From a bacterium (lineage in GTDB: Bacteria > Hinthialibacterota > Hinthialibacteria > Hinthialibacterales > Hinthialibacteraceae), in the NCBI GenBank assembly GCA_041946805.1, contig JBHGBC010000005.1, positions 36,735 to 100,734 on the forward strand: 64,000 bases of DNA. The letters run 5' to 3'. Positions 49,336-62,765 of the stretch are shown one piece after another. The notes under the pieces are model-generated. The model had not been told where the DNA came from and made no database searches. It was given only the letters and a program-made list of their open reading frames with translations. Every line of letters begins with the position of its first letter. The first letter of the stretch is position 1. The position numbers were made by a program, and so were the translations under genes.

Positions 49336-50304
49336 TCATCCGTTTTTTTGCCTCCCATAGGCTGAATGTCTCTCCTCAAGCATTTGGCAAAGCAGTTTTC
49401 CGCTTACTGTTTTCGTATTGTCCAAGATCGCTTCTTTTATGGCGTCGTCACAAGCCTGGGCGATTTCCGCGTGACTTAGCGGCAGAGCCGCTTGGCTGCA
49501 TTGTACAAGGGGGAAGCGTTTGGCTTTGAAGGCCGCCAGCCGGTTTGCGATGAGATGTTGCGCTTCCTTTTCCGTGGGCAAATTGTAATGCAGAACATCA
49601 TCAAAACGCCGGAACAAGGCTTGATCGAGAATCTTCCGATTATTGGTCGCGGCGACAATTAGACTCTCCGAATTGTCGTGTTCAATAAATTGCAAGAATG
49701 AATTCAAAACCCGGCGCATTTCTCCTACATCATTGTCCAGGGCTCTTTCCGCTCCGATGGCATCGAATTCATCGAACAAGTATACTCCGATTCGTTCGTT
49801 GATCGCATGGAAAATTTGCCGCAACTTCGCACTGGTTTCACCCATAAATTTGGTGACCAGTTTATCCATCATGATCAGGAAAAGGGGAAGGTGTAACTCT
49901 CCCGCCAAAATCGAGGAGGTCATCGTTTTTCCAGTACCGGGAGGACCCGTCAGGAGCAATTTCCTCCTGTTACATAGACCATGTTTTTTTAGGGAATCTT
50001 TCTGACGGAATTCTCGAAGAATACGCTCGAGTCTTTTTCGGGCGGCATCCGAAACGATCAAGTCAGACAATCGTTCCTGGGGATGGGAGAGCAATACCAG
50101 GTCTTCAAGTTCTTTGTTGAGGGGAATGACTTTCTGGGATGCGGCTTTCGCTTGATCCACTAACGAGCGGATGTCATAGGCGAGGGCTGTATGCCCTTGG
50201 CGCGCTTCATGAGCAGCGACTTGTAAAGCAATCGTGGAAAAACGTTCCCTGTCGTTTTCCAAATAGGATTTAATTAAAGAAATGATTTGTTCTGATGTTG
50301 CCAT
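49336..50304 (-). CDS. AAA+ ATPase, IetA-type
   Basis: ALQVAAHEARQGH N-terminus, GPPGTGKT, FDEFDAIG, EMRRVLNSFLQ, ATN, LFRRFDD; 3 nt from the S8 gene. Confidence 0.9.
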   Translation of the reverse strand: MATSEQIISLIKSYLENDRERFSTIALQVAAHEARQGHTALAYDIRSLVDQAKAASQKVIPLNKELEDLVLLSHPQERLSDLIVSDAARKRLERILREFRQKDSLKKHGLCNRRKLLLTGPPGTGKTMTSSILAGELHLPLFLIMMDKLVTKFMGETSAKLRQIFHAINERIGVYLFDEFDAIGAERALDNDVGEMRRVLNSFLQFIEHDNSESLIVAATNNRKILDQALFRRFDDVLHYNLPTEKEAQHLIANRLAAFKAKRFPLVQCSQAALPLSHAEIAQACDDAIKEAILDNTKTVSGKLLCQMLEERHSAYGRQKNG

Positions 50305-50358
50305 GACCTTGCCCCTCACCCGTAAAATATAATCATAAAGGAAGCTCAAAGTAAAGCT

Positions 50359-50571
50359 TCAAAACAAGAGATCTCCGAAAACGAGAAAAAACACCCCCGC
50401 CGCCAGCAGGAGGAAAAATACAAGGACCCCGGCGGCCGCCAGGACGAGGATCCGCCGGCGTTCGGGATCTCCCGATTCATGGGGCAGCAGGGCGCGGCAG
50501 GCGGGACAGCGCACCGAACTGAGCGGAATCCGTTGTTTACAAAAGGGACAGGTGATGTGGAACCAGGCCAT
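50359..50571 (-). CDS. Small zinc-ribbon membrane protein
   Basis: CPFC-x9-CPAC followed by one TM helix, directly downstream of dnaE. Confidence 0.6.
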   Translation of the reverse strand: MAWFHITCPFCKQRIPLSSVRCPACRALLPHESGDPERRRILVLAAAGVLVFFLLLAAGVFFLVFGDLLF

Positions 50572-50598
50572 ATAGAGGAACCAGGCCGTGCAGGCCGC

Positions 50599-54177
<3,579 letters not shown>

Positions 54178-54418
54178 AAAATAGACCTCAACCCGGGAGG
54201 AAAAGCACTCCACGCGGACTCCTTATTGAGATAACTGCCTGAATTTCATGATGAAAGAACAAGGGAACGAGGTGACGCCATATTCCTCGGAGATGGTTTT
54301 GGCTATCATAACGGGATGGTGCGCCTTGTCAAGAAAACTCGGAAAATCCACCTTCCGCGCGGACCTTGGCTCTTTCTGGAGCTGGATTTATCATCCCCTG
54401 CATAGGAGACGGAAAAAC

Positions 54419-55423
54419 ATGGTAACCTCTTCCTCTGACACCGTCCGGCCGGCCCCGGCCTTGCCCAAGGACGAGCTGCTCCAGGTGTACCGGGAAATGC
54501 TGTTGATCCGGCGCTTCGAAGAGCGGATGGCGCAGCTCTATCAGCAGGGGCATATCGGCGGATTCTGCCACTTGTACATCGGCCAGGAAGCGGTGGCGGT
54601 GGCGGCCCAACACGCCGCCCGGATGGAAGACTACATGATCACCTCGTACCGCGATCACGGGCACGCCCTGGCGCGCGGTTCGGATCCCATGCGGTGCGCG
54701 GCCGAATTGATCGGCAGGGAAACGGGCCTGGCGCGGGGGAAGGGCGGCTCGATGCATTTTTTCGACATCGAAAAAAACTTTTACGGCGGGCATGGGATCG
54801 TCGGGGGGCAGATCCCGGTGGCCACGGGCATGGCCTTCGCGTCGAAATACCGCAAGGACGGCCGGGTGACGATGTGTTTTTTCGGCGAGGCGGCCATGAA
54901 CCAGGGGACCTTTCACGAGTCGCTCAACATGGCCTCGCTGTGGAGCCTGCCCATCGTGTACATTTGTGAAAACAACCTGTACGGCATGGGCACCGCCGTG
55001 GAGCGCGCCAGCGCGGTCACCGATCTGTCCCAGCGCACCGCCTGCGCCTACAACGTCGAGGGGTACGCGGTGGACGGCATGGATTTCTTCGCGGTGTACG
55101 AGGCGTTCAAGAACGCGCTCGAGAAAGCCCGCGCGCTGAACCGCCCCACCTTTTTGGATGTGCTCACCTACCGGTTCCGGGGTCATTCCATGTCCGATCC
55201 AGTCCATTCCCACTACCGGACGAAGGAGGAAGTGGAGGAGCGGCGCAAGCAGGATCCCATCGCCAAAATGGTCAAATACCTGGACGAAAACGAACTGGCC
55301 GGCGAGGAGCAGCTGCGGGCCATCGATGACGAGATCAAGCAGGTGGTCCACGACGCGGTGGAGCGGGCGATGGCGTCCCCCGAACCGGCGTTGGAATCGC
55401 GATTCGAGGATTTGTATGTGTGA
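54419..55423 (+). CDS. pdhA: Pyruvate dehydrogenase E1 alpha
   Basis: GFCHLYIGQEA, YRDHGH, GKGGSMH, TPP motif FGEAA...ENN, YRFRGHSMSDP. Confidence 0.95.
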   Translation: MVTSSSDTVRPAPALPKDELLQVYREMLLIRRFEERMAQLYQQGHIGGFCHLYIGQEAVAVAAQHAARMEDYMITSYRDHGHALARGSDPMRCAAELIGRETGLARGKGGSMHFFDIEKNFYGGHGIVGGQIPVATGMAFASKYRKDGRVTMCFFGEAAMNQGTFHESLNMASLWSLPIVYICENNLYGMGTAVERASAVTDLSQRTACAYNVEGYAVDGMDFFAVYEAFKNALEKARALNRPTFLDVLTYRFRGHSMSDPVHSHYRTKEEVEERRKQDPIAKMVKYLDENELAGEEQLRAIDDEIKQVVHDAVERAMASPEPALESRFEDLYV

Positions 55424-55576
55424 GATCATTCGGCTTTCCCTCACCCCGGCCCTCTCCCAAAGGAAGAGCCGCCAATAATCCTCTCTCCCCCGGGGAGAGG
55501 GTGAGGGTAGATTTCAGAGACCGATTGCGCGCAAAAGTTAAAAAATATAAATCCATTCTCATAAAGGGTAGCCAAC

Positions 55577-56554
55577 ATGCCGTTGATTGAATTCCGGGAA
55601 GCCTTGAACCAGGCCATGAGCGAGGAGATGGAGCGGGACGAAACCGTCTTCCTCATGGGGGAGGAAGTGGGCCTGTACAACGGCGCGTACAAGGTTTCGC
55701 GGGGCATGATGGAGCGTTTCGGCCCGAAGCGGGTGATCGATTCGCCCATTACCGAGAACAGTTTCGTGGGGCTGGGGGTGGGGGCGGCCAACGTGGGGCT
55801 GCGCCCGATCATCGAGGTGATGACCTTCAATTTCGCCATTCTGGCCCTCGATCAGATCATCAACAACGCCGCCAAGATGCGCTACATGTCGGGCGGGCAG
55901 CTCAAAACCCCCATGGTGATCCGGGGGCCGGGGGGCGCGGCGCGGCAGTTGTCCTGCCAGCATTCACAAGCCATCGAAAGTTTCTTTGTCCATACGCCGG
56001 GGCTGAAGGTGGTGTCGCCTTCTACGCCGTACGACGCCAAGGGTTTGCTGAAGACCTCCATCCGCGACGACAATCCGGTCATCTTCATCGAGAGCGAGGT
56101 CATGTACGGGATGAAGGGCGAGGTGCCCGAGGAGGAATACCTCATTCCCCTGGGCGTCTCGAACAAGGTGCGGGACGGCTCCGACTGCACGCTGGTCTCG
56201 TATTCGAAGATGATCCACCTGTGCCAGGACGCGGCGAAGCAGCTCGCCGGCGGGGGCATCGAGTGCGACATCATCGACCTGCGCACGCTGCGGCCGCTCG
56301 ACCTGAAACCTGTGTACGAATCCATCGCCAAGACCAACCGCGTGGTCATCGTGCAGGAAGCGTGGCCGATGTGCGGCGTGGCGTCCGAAGTCGCGTTCCG
56401 GATCACGGAAGACCTCTTTGACGAGCTGGACGCGCCGCCCGCGCGGGTGGCCGCCGACGACATCCCCCGCCCGTACGCCAAAAATCTGGAGGAGGCCTGC
56501 GCCATCAATCCGGACAAAATCATCCACGCCGTCAAAAAAGTCTGTTATCTCTGA
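55577..56554 (+). CDS. pdhB: Pyruvate dehydrogenase E1 beta
   Basis: GEEVG.YNGAYKV, DSPITE, QHSQ, DLRTLRPLD. Confidence 0.95.
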   Translation: MPLIEFREALNQAMSEEMERDETVFLMGEEVGLYNGAYKVSRGMMERFGPKRVIDSPITENSFVGLGVGAANVGLRPIIEVMTFNFAILALDQIINNAAKMRYMSGGQLKTPMVIRGPGGAARQLSCQHSQAIESFFVHTPGLKVVSPSTPYDAKGLLKTSIRDDNPVIFIESEVMYGMKGEVPEEEYLIPLGVSNKVRDGSDCTLVSYSKMIHLCQDAAKQLAGGGIECDIIDLRTLRPLDLKPVYESIAKTNRVVIVQEAWPMCGVASEVAFRITEDLFDELDAPPARVAADDIPRPYAKNLEEACAINPDKIIHAVKKVCYL

Positions 56555-56616
56555 TCCGTTTTTCTTCTCTGCCATCGCACGGAATAATCCCTCATATCCT
56601 CGCGGAGGTTCCTGAT

Positions 56617-57906
56617 TTGGCCACTTTGATTGAAATGCCCAAGCTCAGCGACACGATGACGACCGGTAAAATTCTCTCCTGGCTCAAGCACGAGGGAGAC
56701 GCGGTGCCGGCCGGGACCGCCATCGCCGAGGTCGAAACCGACAAGGCCACCATGGAGTTGGAAGTCTTCGAGGACGGGACGCTGCTCAAGATCCTCGCGC
56801 CCGTGGAATCCGCCGTGCCCATCGGCGGTGCGCTGGCCATCATCGGGAAGCCCGGCGAGGACATTCAGGGATTGATCGAAAAAGCCGGGTCAACGGCCGC
56901 CGGCGCGCCCGCCGCGACGCCCCCGGCCAAAGCGGAAGCGCCCCAACCGGCCGCGGCGCCCGAGTCCCAGCCCGCCCCGGTGGCCGCCGCCGAGGAAGCC
57001 GCCGCGCCCGCGGAAGCCGAGTCCGGGCGGATCAAGATCTCGCCCGTGGCGCAGCGCATGGCCGTTGAACACGGCGTCGACTTGCGGCGGGTGAAGGGCT
57101 CCGGCCCGGGCGGGCGGATCGTCAAGGCCGACATCGAACGGGCCTTGGAAACCGCTCCCGCCGCCGCTCCCAGGCCCGCCCCGGCGTCGGCGCCCGCCAT
57201 GTCCGGCGTTCCCGCGGCCGCGGCGTACACGGACGCGCCGCTCAGTTCCATCCGGGCGGTCATCGCCGAACGGTTGCCGCAAAGCCTGGGGCCGGTGCCG
57301 CATTTCTTTTTGGAGATGGACTTGGACGCGGAGCCGCTGCTGGAACTCAAGCAGCAGCTGCAGGCCCTGGCGGGCGAGGATCTCCGGCTGACCGTGACCG
57401 ATATTCTCATCAAGGCCTGCGCCAACGCCTTGCGTCAGCATCCGGAAATCAACAGCTCGTTTCTGGGCAACGCGGTGCGGCAATATCACAACGTCAACGT
57501 CGGCATCGCCGTGGCGGGCAAGGGCACATTGCTGGTGCCGGTGATCCGTGCGTGCGAGTCGAAAGCCATCGGTCAGATCGCCCGCGAGCGGGCCGTCCTG
57601 GTGGAGAAAGGCCAGGCGGGAAAATTGTCCCCCGAGGAATTGAGCGGCGGGACGTTCACCATCAGCAACCTGGGGATGCTGGGCATCACGCGCTTCACGG
57701 CCGTGATCAATCCGCCCCAGGCCGCGATTCTGGCGGTGGGGACGATCCGGGAAGAGCCGGTGGTGAAGAACGGACAGGTGGTTCCCGGCCAGCGCATGGC
57801 GGTTACCCTGTCGTGCGATCACCGGGCGTTCGACGGGGCGGAAGGCGCGCGCTTCATGGCCACGTTGAAATTGAAACTGGAAAATCCGCTGGCGATCAGC
57901 TTGTAG
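56617..57906 (+). CDS. pdhC: Dihydrolipoamide acetyltransferase E2
   Basis: Lipoyl ETDKA, Ala/Pro linkers, E3-binding GSGPGGRI, TISNLG, DHR; TTG start after GGAGG. Confidence 0.95.
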   Translation: MATLIEMPKLSDTMTTGKILSWLKHEGDAVPAGTAIAEVETDKATMELEVFEDGTLLKILAPVESAVPIGGALAIIGKPGEDIQGLIEKAGSTAAGAPAATPPAKAEAPQPAAAPESQPAPVAAAEEAAAPAEAESGRIKISPVAQRMAVEHGVDLRRVKGSGPGGRIVKADIERALETAPAAAPRPAPASAPAMSGVPAAAAYTDAPLSSIRAVIAERLPQSLGPVPHFFLEMDLDAEPLLELKQQLQALAGEDLRLTVTDILIKACANALRQHPEINSSFLGNAVRQYHNVNVGIAVAGKGTLLVPVIRACESKAIGQIARERAVLVEKGQAGKLSPEELSGGTFTISNLGMLGITRFTAVINPPQAAILAVGTIREEPVVKNGQVVPGQRMAVTLSCDHRAFDGAEGARFMATLKLKLENPLAISL

Positions 57907-57919
57907 GATATGGGAAATC

Positions 57920-58000
57920 GTAGGAGGGGTTAACGCGGCGTAACCCATCGGTGTTTGAAACGGAATAATGAATGGGTTACGCTTCGCGAAGCCATCCTAC
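57920..58000. repeat. Inverted pair of GTAG-type REP elements (REPIN-like)
   Basis: GTAGGAGGGGTTA...TAACCCATC (57920-57949) and ATGGGTTA...CCATCCTAC (57972-58000). Confidence 0.75.
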
Positions 58001-58032
58001 CATAAAAGGTAATTAACATTCACGCGCGGGAC

Positions 58033-58848
58033 ATGACGGAAATCCAAGACAACGCGATATACAATATGGATTGCATTCAGGGGATGAAACTCCTGCCGCC
58101 CGGCCATGTCGATTTGATCATCACCGATCCCCCCTTCGCCATCGAGTTCAAGGCCCGCCGGACCAATTACAACCGCACCCAATCCCGCGTCATGGACGGA
58201 TACAATGAGATCGCCGCGGATGAATACCTGGATTTCACCCGGGCCTGGATGAGCGAGGCGCGCCGGGTGTTGTCCGAAACCGGCAGCGCTTTTGTGTTTT
58301 CGGGATGGAACAATTTGAAGGCTATTTTAATTGCCCTCGATGATGTGGGATTCGTCACCGTCAATCATATCATCTGGAAATATCAGTTTGGCGTCGTTTG
58401 TAAGAAACGGTTTGTCACATCGCATTATCATTGCCTTTTTGTATGTAAGGATGACGCGAAACGGAAGTTTTTCAACTCGGCGCGGTTCGGGAAAAATGCA
58501 GTAACAGAGGAAGGAAGAAGCCTGCGGTACCAAGACCTGGAAGATGTATGGGTAATCAAGCGGGAATATTGGCATGGCGATAAAAAGACGCCGACGAAAT
58601 TACCCGCTGAAATCATCCATAAAATACTTAGTTATACCAGCGAGGAAGGGGACCTGGTTTTGGATCCGTTCCTGGGTTCGGGCCAGACCGCCGTGATCAG
58701 CAAACAAAACAAGCGGCGGTATATGGGATTTGAAATAGTTCCCGAATACTATCAATTCGCGCGCGAACGGCTGGAGACGGATAGCTATCGTTTGCCTTCG
58801 GAGGACCCGCCGGCCAAGGTAAGGGCGGAAGCGATGTTGTGGGATTGA
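58033..58848 (+). CDS. Orphan beta-class N4-C/N6-A DNA methyltransferase
   Basis: Catalytic DPPF precedes SAM-binding DPFLGSG; PT.LP motif; AT-richer codons. Confidence 0.9.
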   Translation: MTEIQDNAIYNMDCIQGMKLLPPGHVDLIITDPPFAIEFKARRTNYNRTQSRVMDGYNEIAADEYLDFTRAWMSEARRVLSETGSAFVFSGWNNLKAILIALDDVGFVTVNHIIWKYQFGVVCKKRFVTSHYHCLFVCKDDAKRKFFNSARFGKNAVTEEGRSLRYQDLEDVWVIKREYWHGDKKTPTKLPAEIIHKILSYTSEEGDLVLDPFLGSGQTAVISKQNKRRYMGFEIVPEYYQFARERLETDSYRLPSEDPPAKVRAEAMLWD

Positions 58849-58861
58849 AATCATGGGAATT

Positions 58862-58979
58862 GTAGATGGGTTGGCGCGCAGCGCGTAACCCATCGCATTG
58901 TTTGACGTTTGGATCAGGCGATGTCAGGATTTCAAGCGCCAACGGCGCGCAAGAAACTAGCCCAGGGCACCACCCTGGG
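58862..58979. repeat. GTAG-type REP plus AAGCGCCAACGGCGCG/TAGCCCAGGG element
   Basis: GTAGATGGGTT...AACCCATC (58862-58894); 58934-58979 matches 25397-25444. Confidence 0.75.
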
Positions 58980-59037
58980 TTCTGGCTTTCACCGAAATCG
59001 AGTGAATAGTTGCATATAAACATACAATGGAGATTCC

Positions 59038-60438
59038 ATGAACAAATCCACGCGTTATAACCTGACCGTCGTAGGATCGGGGCCGGGCGGGTACGTGGCC
59101 GCGTGCCGGGCCGCGCAGCTGGAGATGAAGGTGGCCATCGTGGAGGCGGACCGGCCCGGGGGCGTCTGCCTCAACTGGGGCTGCATTCCCACCAAGGCCC
59201 TGCTGAAAAGCGCCGAGATGTACGAGGTCCTCAAAAAGGGCGGCTCGTTCGGCCTGAAGGCGGACAACGTCTCGTACGATCTCGCCGCGGTGGTGGACCG
59301 CAGCCGGGGCATCTCGGACCGGATCGTCAGCGGCGTGGAATATCTCTTCAGAAAATATTCCATCCAGCACATCCAGGGCGTGGGAACGTTGCTTTCGCCC
59401 AACCAAGTGCAAGTCCAAAACAACGGCGAAACCACGGTCGTGGAGTCGGATTACATCATCGTGGCCACCGGGGCGCGGCCCCGCGAACTGCCTCACATCC
59501 GGTTGGACGGCGAGCGGATCATCGCCTCCAAGCAGGCCATGACGCTCAAAACCCTGCCCGCGCGCCTGGCGGTGATCGGCGCGGGGGCCATCGGCATGGA
59601 GTTCGCCTATTACTACCGCGCCCTGGGCTCGGAGGTGACCGTGCTCGAGGCCCTCGGCCGCGTGCTGCCCGTGGAGGACGAGGAGATCTCGAAGCAGGTG
59701 GCCCGCGCCTTCACCCGCAAGGGGATCCAGATCGAAACCGGCGCGATGGTCCAGTCGGTCCAGCGTGACGGCGACACCGTGCAGCTGGAATACGAAGTCA
59801 AAGGCAATAAGAAGCGGCTCGAGGCCGATATCGCCCTGATGGCCATCGGCGTGGCCCCCAACATCGAAAACCTCGGCCTCGAAACCGTGGGCGTGAAGAC
59901 CGCCAAGCACGGCATCGCGGTGAATGAGCACAAGCAGACCAACATTCCCAGCATCTACGCCATCGGCGACGTGATCGGCCCGCCCTGGCTGGCGCACGCC
60001 GCCTCGGCCGAGGGCGTGCACGCCGTGGAGCATATCGCGGGGAGGAATCCCAAACCCATCGACTACAACGCCATCCCCGGCTGCACATACTGCCGCCCGC
60101 AGGTGGCCAGCGTGGGTTACACGGAGCAAAGGGCCAAGGCGGAAGGCATCCCGTACACCGTGGGCCGGTTTGAATTCAAGGCCAGCGGCCGCGCGGTGGC
60201 CGTGGGCGACACCGACGGGCTGGTCAAGTTGATTTTCGAGAAGCGGTACGGCGGCCTGATCGGCGCGCACATCGCCGGCGCCGAGGCCCCGGAGATGATC
60301 CACGAGCTGGTGCTGGCCATCCAGCAGGAATGCACCGCCGGGGAGATCGGCAAGGCCGTGCACGCCCACCCCACCTTCGGCGAATCCATCATGGAGGCGG
60401 CGCTGGACGCCATCGGGGAACGGATCCATGGCGCGTAA
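59038..60438 (+). CDS. lpdA: Dihydrolipoamide dehydrogenase
   Basis: GSGPGGY, CLNWGCIPTK, GAGAIGME, HAHPTFGE. Confidence 0.96.
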   Translation: MNKSTRYNLTVVGSGPGGYVAACRAAQLEMKVAIVEADRPGGVCLNWGCIPTKALLKSAEMYEVLKKGGSFGLKADNVSYDLAAVVDRSRGISDRIVSGVEYLFRKYSIQHIQGVGTLLSPNQVQVQNNGETTVVESDYIIVATGARPRELPHIRLDGERIIASKQAMTLKTLPARLAVIGAGAIGMEFAYYYRALGSEVTVLEALGRVLPVEDEEISKQVARAFTRKGIQIETGAMVQSVQRDGDTVQLEYEVKGNKKRLEADIALMAIGVAPNIENLGLETVGVKTAKHGIAVNEHKQTNIPSIYAIGDVIGPPWLAHAASAEGVHAVEHIAGRNPKPIDYNAIPGCTYCRPQVASVGYTEQRAKAEGIPYTVGRFEFKASGRAVAVGDTDGLVKLIFEKRYGGLIGAHIAGAEAPEMIHELVLAIQQECTAGEIGKAVHAHPTFGESIMEAALDAIGERIHGA

Positions 60439-61105
60439 GGGATTCCCGCCGCTGCCGGTGTACCGCTGGGATGCGTCCGTCCCCTACCGCGAGGCGGCCC
60501 GGCGGCAGGAGGAATTCGTCGCGCGCGGGCGCGAGTGCTTGATCCTGTGCGAACATCCCGCCACGATCACGTTGGGCACGGGCGCGGAGCCGGACGACTT
60601 GGCTGGAGGCGGGGAGTTTTACGCGCGGCGGGGCATCGAAATTTGCCGCAGCCCGCGGGGCGGCAAGGCCACCTATCACGGCCCCGGGCAGCTGGTCGGG
60701 TATCCCATCGTGAACCTGCGGTGGCGCGGCGTTACCATCCACGGCCACTTGCGTTTTCTGGAAGAGCTGATGATCGCGGCGTGCGCCCGGTTCGGCGTTT
60801 CCGCCCACCGCGTCGAGGGGAAATCCGGCGCGTGGGCGGGGAATAAAAAGATCGGCTTCGTGGGGATCCGGGTGCGGCAGGGATTTTCGTTCCACGGCTT
60901 TTCGTTGAATGTCACGCCCCAGCACGATCCGTTCCGCTGGATCGTCCCTTGCGGCATGCCGGGATTGGAAATAACTTCCCTGGAAGAAGAGCGGAATGGC
61001 CGCGCCGTCACCGTCTGGGAGGTGGCGGAGGTCATCGAGGAGGTGTTTTTCGAGAGGTTGGGGGAAATGGCGTTGGCGTCCGCGGGAAGGGTGGTTCATT
61101 TGTGA
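60428..61105 (+). CDS. lipB: Octanoyltransferase
   Basis: EHPATITLG, RGGKATYHGPGQLVGYP, KIG..G, HGFSLN, IVPCG. Confidence 0.94.
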   Translation: MARKGFPPLPVYRWDASVPYREAARRQEEFVARGRECLILCEHPATITLGTGAEPDDLAGGGEFYARRGIEICRSPRGGKATYHGPGQLVGYPIVNLRWRGVTIHGHLRFLEELMIAACARFGVSAHRVEGKSGAWAGNKKIGFVGIRVRQGFSFHGFSLNVTPQHDPFRWIVPCGMPGLEITSLEEERNGRAVTVWEVAEVIEEVFFERLGEMALASAGRVVHL

Positions 61106-61124
61106 GGTGTCCGCCCGATACGTT

Positions 61125-61300
61125 GTAGGGGCACGTTGCAACGGGCCCCTGCGGGACACATGCCACAATGTGAAATGGCGCTGGATTCCGGCGTCCGCGG
61201 GGATCGAATGCGATATTCAACCCCAGTGGGGTTGGTAGTTCTTCTTTAGGAAACCGTAGGCTATCGCCTACGGCTATTCACATGAATCCCCCGCGGGGAT
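61125..61300. repeat. Composite intergenic repeat stack
   Basis: GTAGGGGCACGTTGCAACGGGCCCCT REP, degenerate CTGGATTCC...GCGGGGAT, CCGTAGG-CTATCG-CCTACGG hairpin, ATCCCCCGCGGGGAT. Confidence 0.65.
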
Positions 61301-61457
61301 ACAACGCGAATGCTTATTCAGGACTTCTGAGTACAGACCGGTCCTCAAGGTTAAGGTGAGGGAAACTCCAGAGGGGCGGAATATTATCCTCCCCACTGCA
61401 GGATAAATGGAGACGGCCGGTTTTTCCGAAGGCCGCGAACCAGAAACGAAAGGGATT

Positions 61458-62360
61458 ATGCCTACAACCTTGGCGCCGGACATCCGGATCACGCTTCCGG
61501 GCGGGAAAAATTACGGCGACGTGTTGCGCGTTGTGGACACGCGGGGGCTGCACACGGTTTGCCAGAGCGCCCGCTGCCCCAACATGGCGCAATGCTGGAA
61601 CGAGCGCACCGCCACCTTCATGCTGCTGGGCAACGTCTGCACCCGCGCGTGCCGTTTCTGCGCCGTGCAGCACGGCAAGCCCCGCGAACTGGATCTGGCC
61701 GAGCCGGACCGGGTGGCCGAGGCGGCGCACGACCTGCAGCTCGGCTACGCGGTCATCACGTCCGTCAACCGCGACGACCTGCCCGACGGCGGCGCGTCCA
61801 TCTTCGCCGAGACGGTGCGCTGCATCCGCGCGCTGCGGCCCGAGTGTTTGATCGAGCTGCTGGTGCCCGATTTTTGCGGTGACCTAAACGCGCTGGACAT
61901 TGTGCTGCGCGCCAAGCCCGATGTGCTGAACCACAACGTGGAGACCGTGCCCCGCTTGTACCGGACCATCCAGCCCTGGTCGAAGTGGGACGATTCGCTG
62001 GCGGTGCTGCGTCACGCGGCCGGACGGGGATTCGTGGCCAAGAGCGGGATCATCGCGGGGCTGGGGGAAACGCGGGAGGAAATGTTCGAGGCCATCCGGG
62101 CGGTGCGCGAGACCGGGTGCGCCATCCTGACGGTGGGGCAGTATCTCGCGCCGTCGCCCCGCCACGCCCCGGTGCGGCGCGTGGTTTCCCGCGAGGAATT
62201 CAAGGAATATGAAGAGTTCGCCCTGGACCAGGGATTCGCCGCCGTGTTATCCGGCCCGTTGGTCCGCAGTTCGTACCGCGCCAAGTGGGCGTATGAACGC
62301 GCCCTGGGCCGAAGGCCGGCTCCCTCTCCCGCCGAACCCGCCAACCTGGATTCGATATGA
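61458..62360 (+). CDS. lipA: Lipoyl synthase
   Basis: CX4CX5C, CX3CX2C and RSSY motifs; start may be 61407. Confidence 0.95.
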   Translation: MPTTLAPDIRITLPGGKNYGDVLRVVDTRGLHTVCQSARCPNMAQCWNERTATFMLLGNVCTRACRFCAVQHGKPRELDLAEPDRVAEAAHDLQLGYAVITSVNRDDLPDGGASIFAETVRCIRALRPECLIELLVPDFCGDLNALDIVLRAKPDVLNHNVETVPRLYRTIQPWSKWDDSLAVLRHAAGRGFVAKSGIIAGLGETREEMFEAIRAVRETGCAILTVGQYLAPSPRHAPVRRVVSREEFKEYEEFALDQGFAAVLSGPLVRSSYRAKWAYERALGRRPAPSPAEPANLDSI

Positions 62361-62746
62361 ATAAATTGCTCCGTTATTGGCTTCCCGTTCTGGCCTGGAT
62401 GTCCATGATTTTCTATCTGTCCTCGCAGTCCCGCCTGCCGGTGGAGATGCCGGATTGGGTTCCCTACGTGGACAAATTGGCTCATGCCGCCGTGTTTGGC
62501 GTCCTGGGATTGCTGTTCGTCCGCGCCTGGCTGGAGGGGAGGCTGGAAGAGATCAACGCGCGGGTGGCCGGTCTCGCCGTGAGTTTCACGGCGCTGTATG
62601 GGTTGACGGATGAGATCCACCAAATCTACGTGCCCGGACGGTCGCCCTCCGGGGGGGATCTGATCGCCGACACGCTGGGCGCGGCGATCCTCTGCGCCGC
62701 GCTCTATAAGTGGAAGACGCGGGAAAGAGAAGCGCCCACGGTGTGA
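62357..62746 (+). CDS. VanZ family membrane protein
   Basis: IFYLSS, DKLAH, DEIHQIYVPGR, DLIAD; ATGA overlap with lipA. Confidence 0.88.
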   Translation: MNKLLRYWLPVLAWMSMIFYLSSQSRLPVEMPDWVPYVDKLAHAAVFGVLGLLFVRAWLEGRLEEINARVAGLAVSFTALYGLTDEIHQIYVPGRSPSGGDLIADTLGAAILCAALYKWKTREREAPTV

Positions 62747-62765
62747 GGGGGCGGCGGGGGGAAGG

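Noticed and set aside
58033..58848. Complete type II restriction-modification system
   Set aside because: No room or ORF for an endonuclease between pdhC and lpdA.
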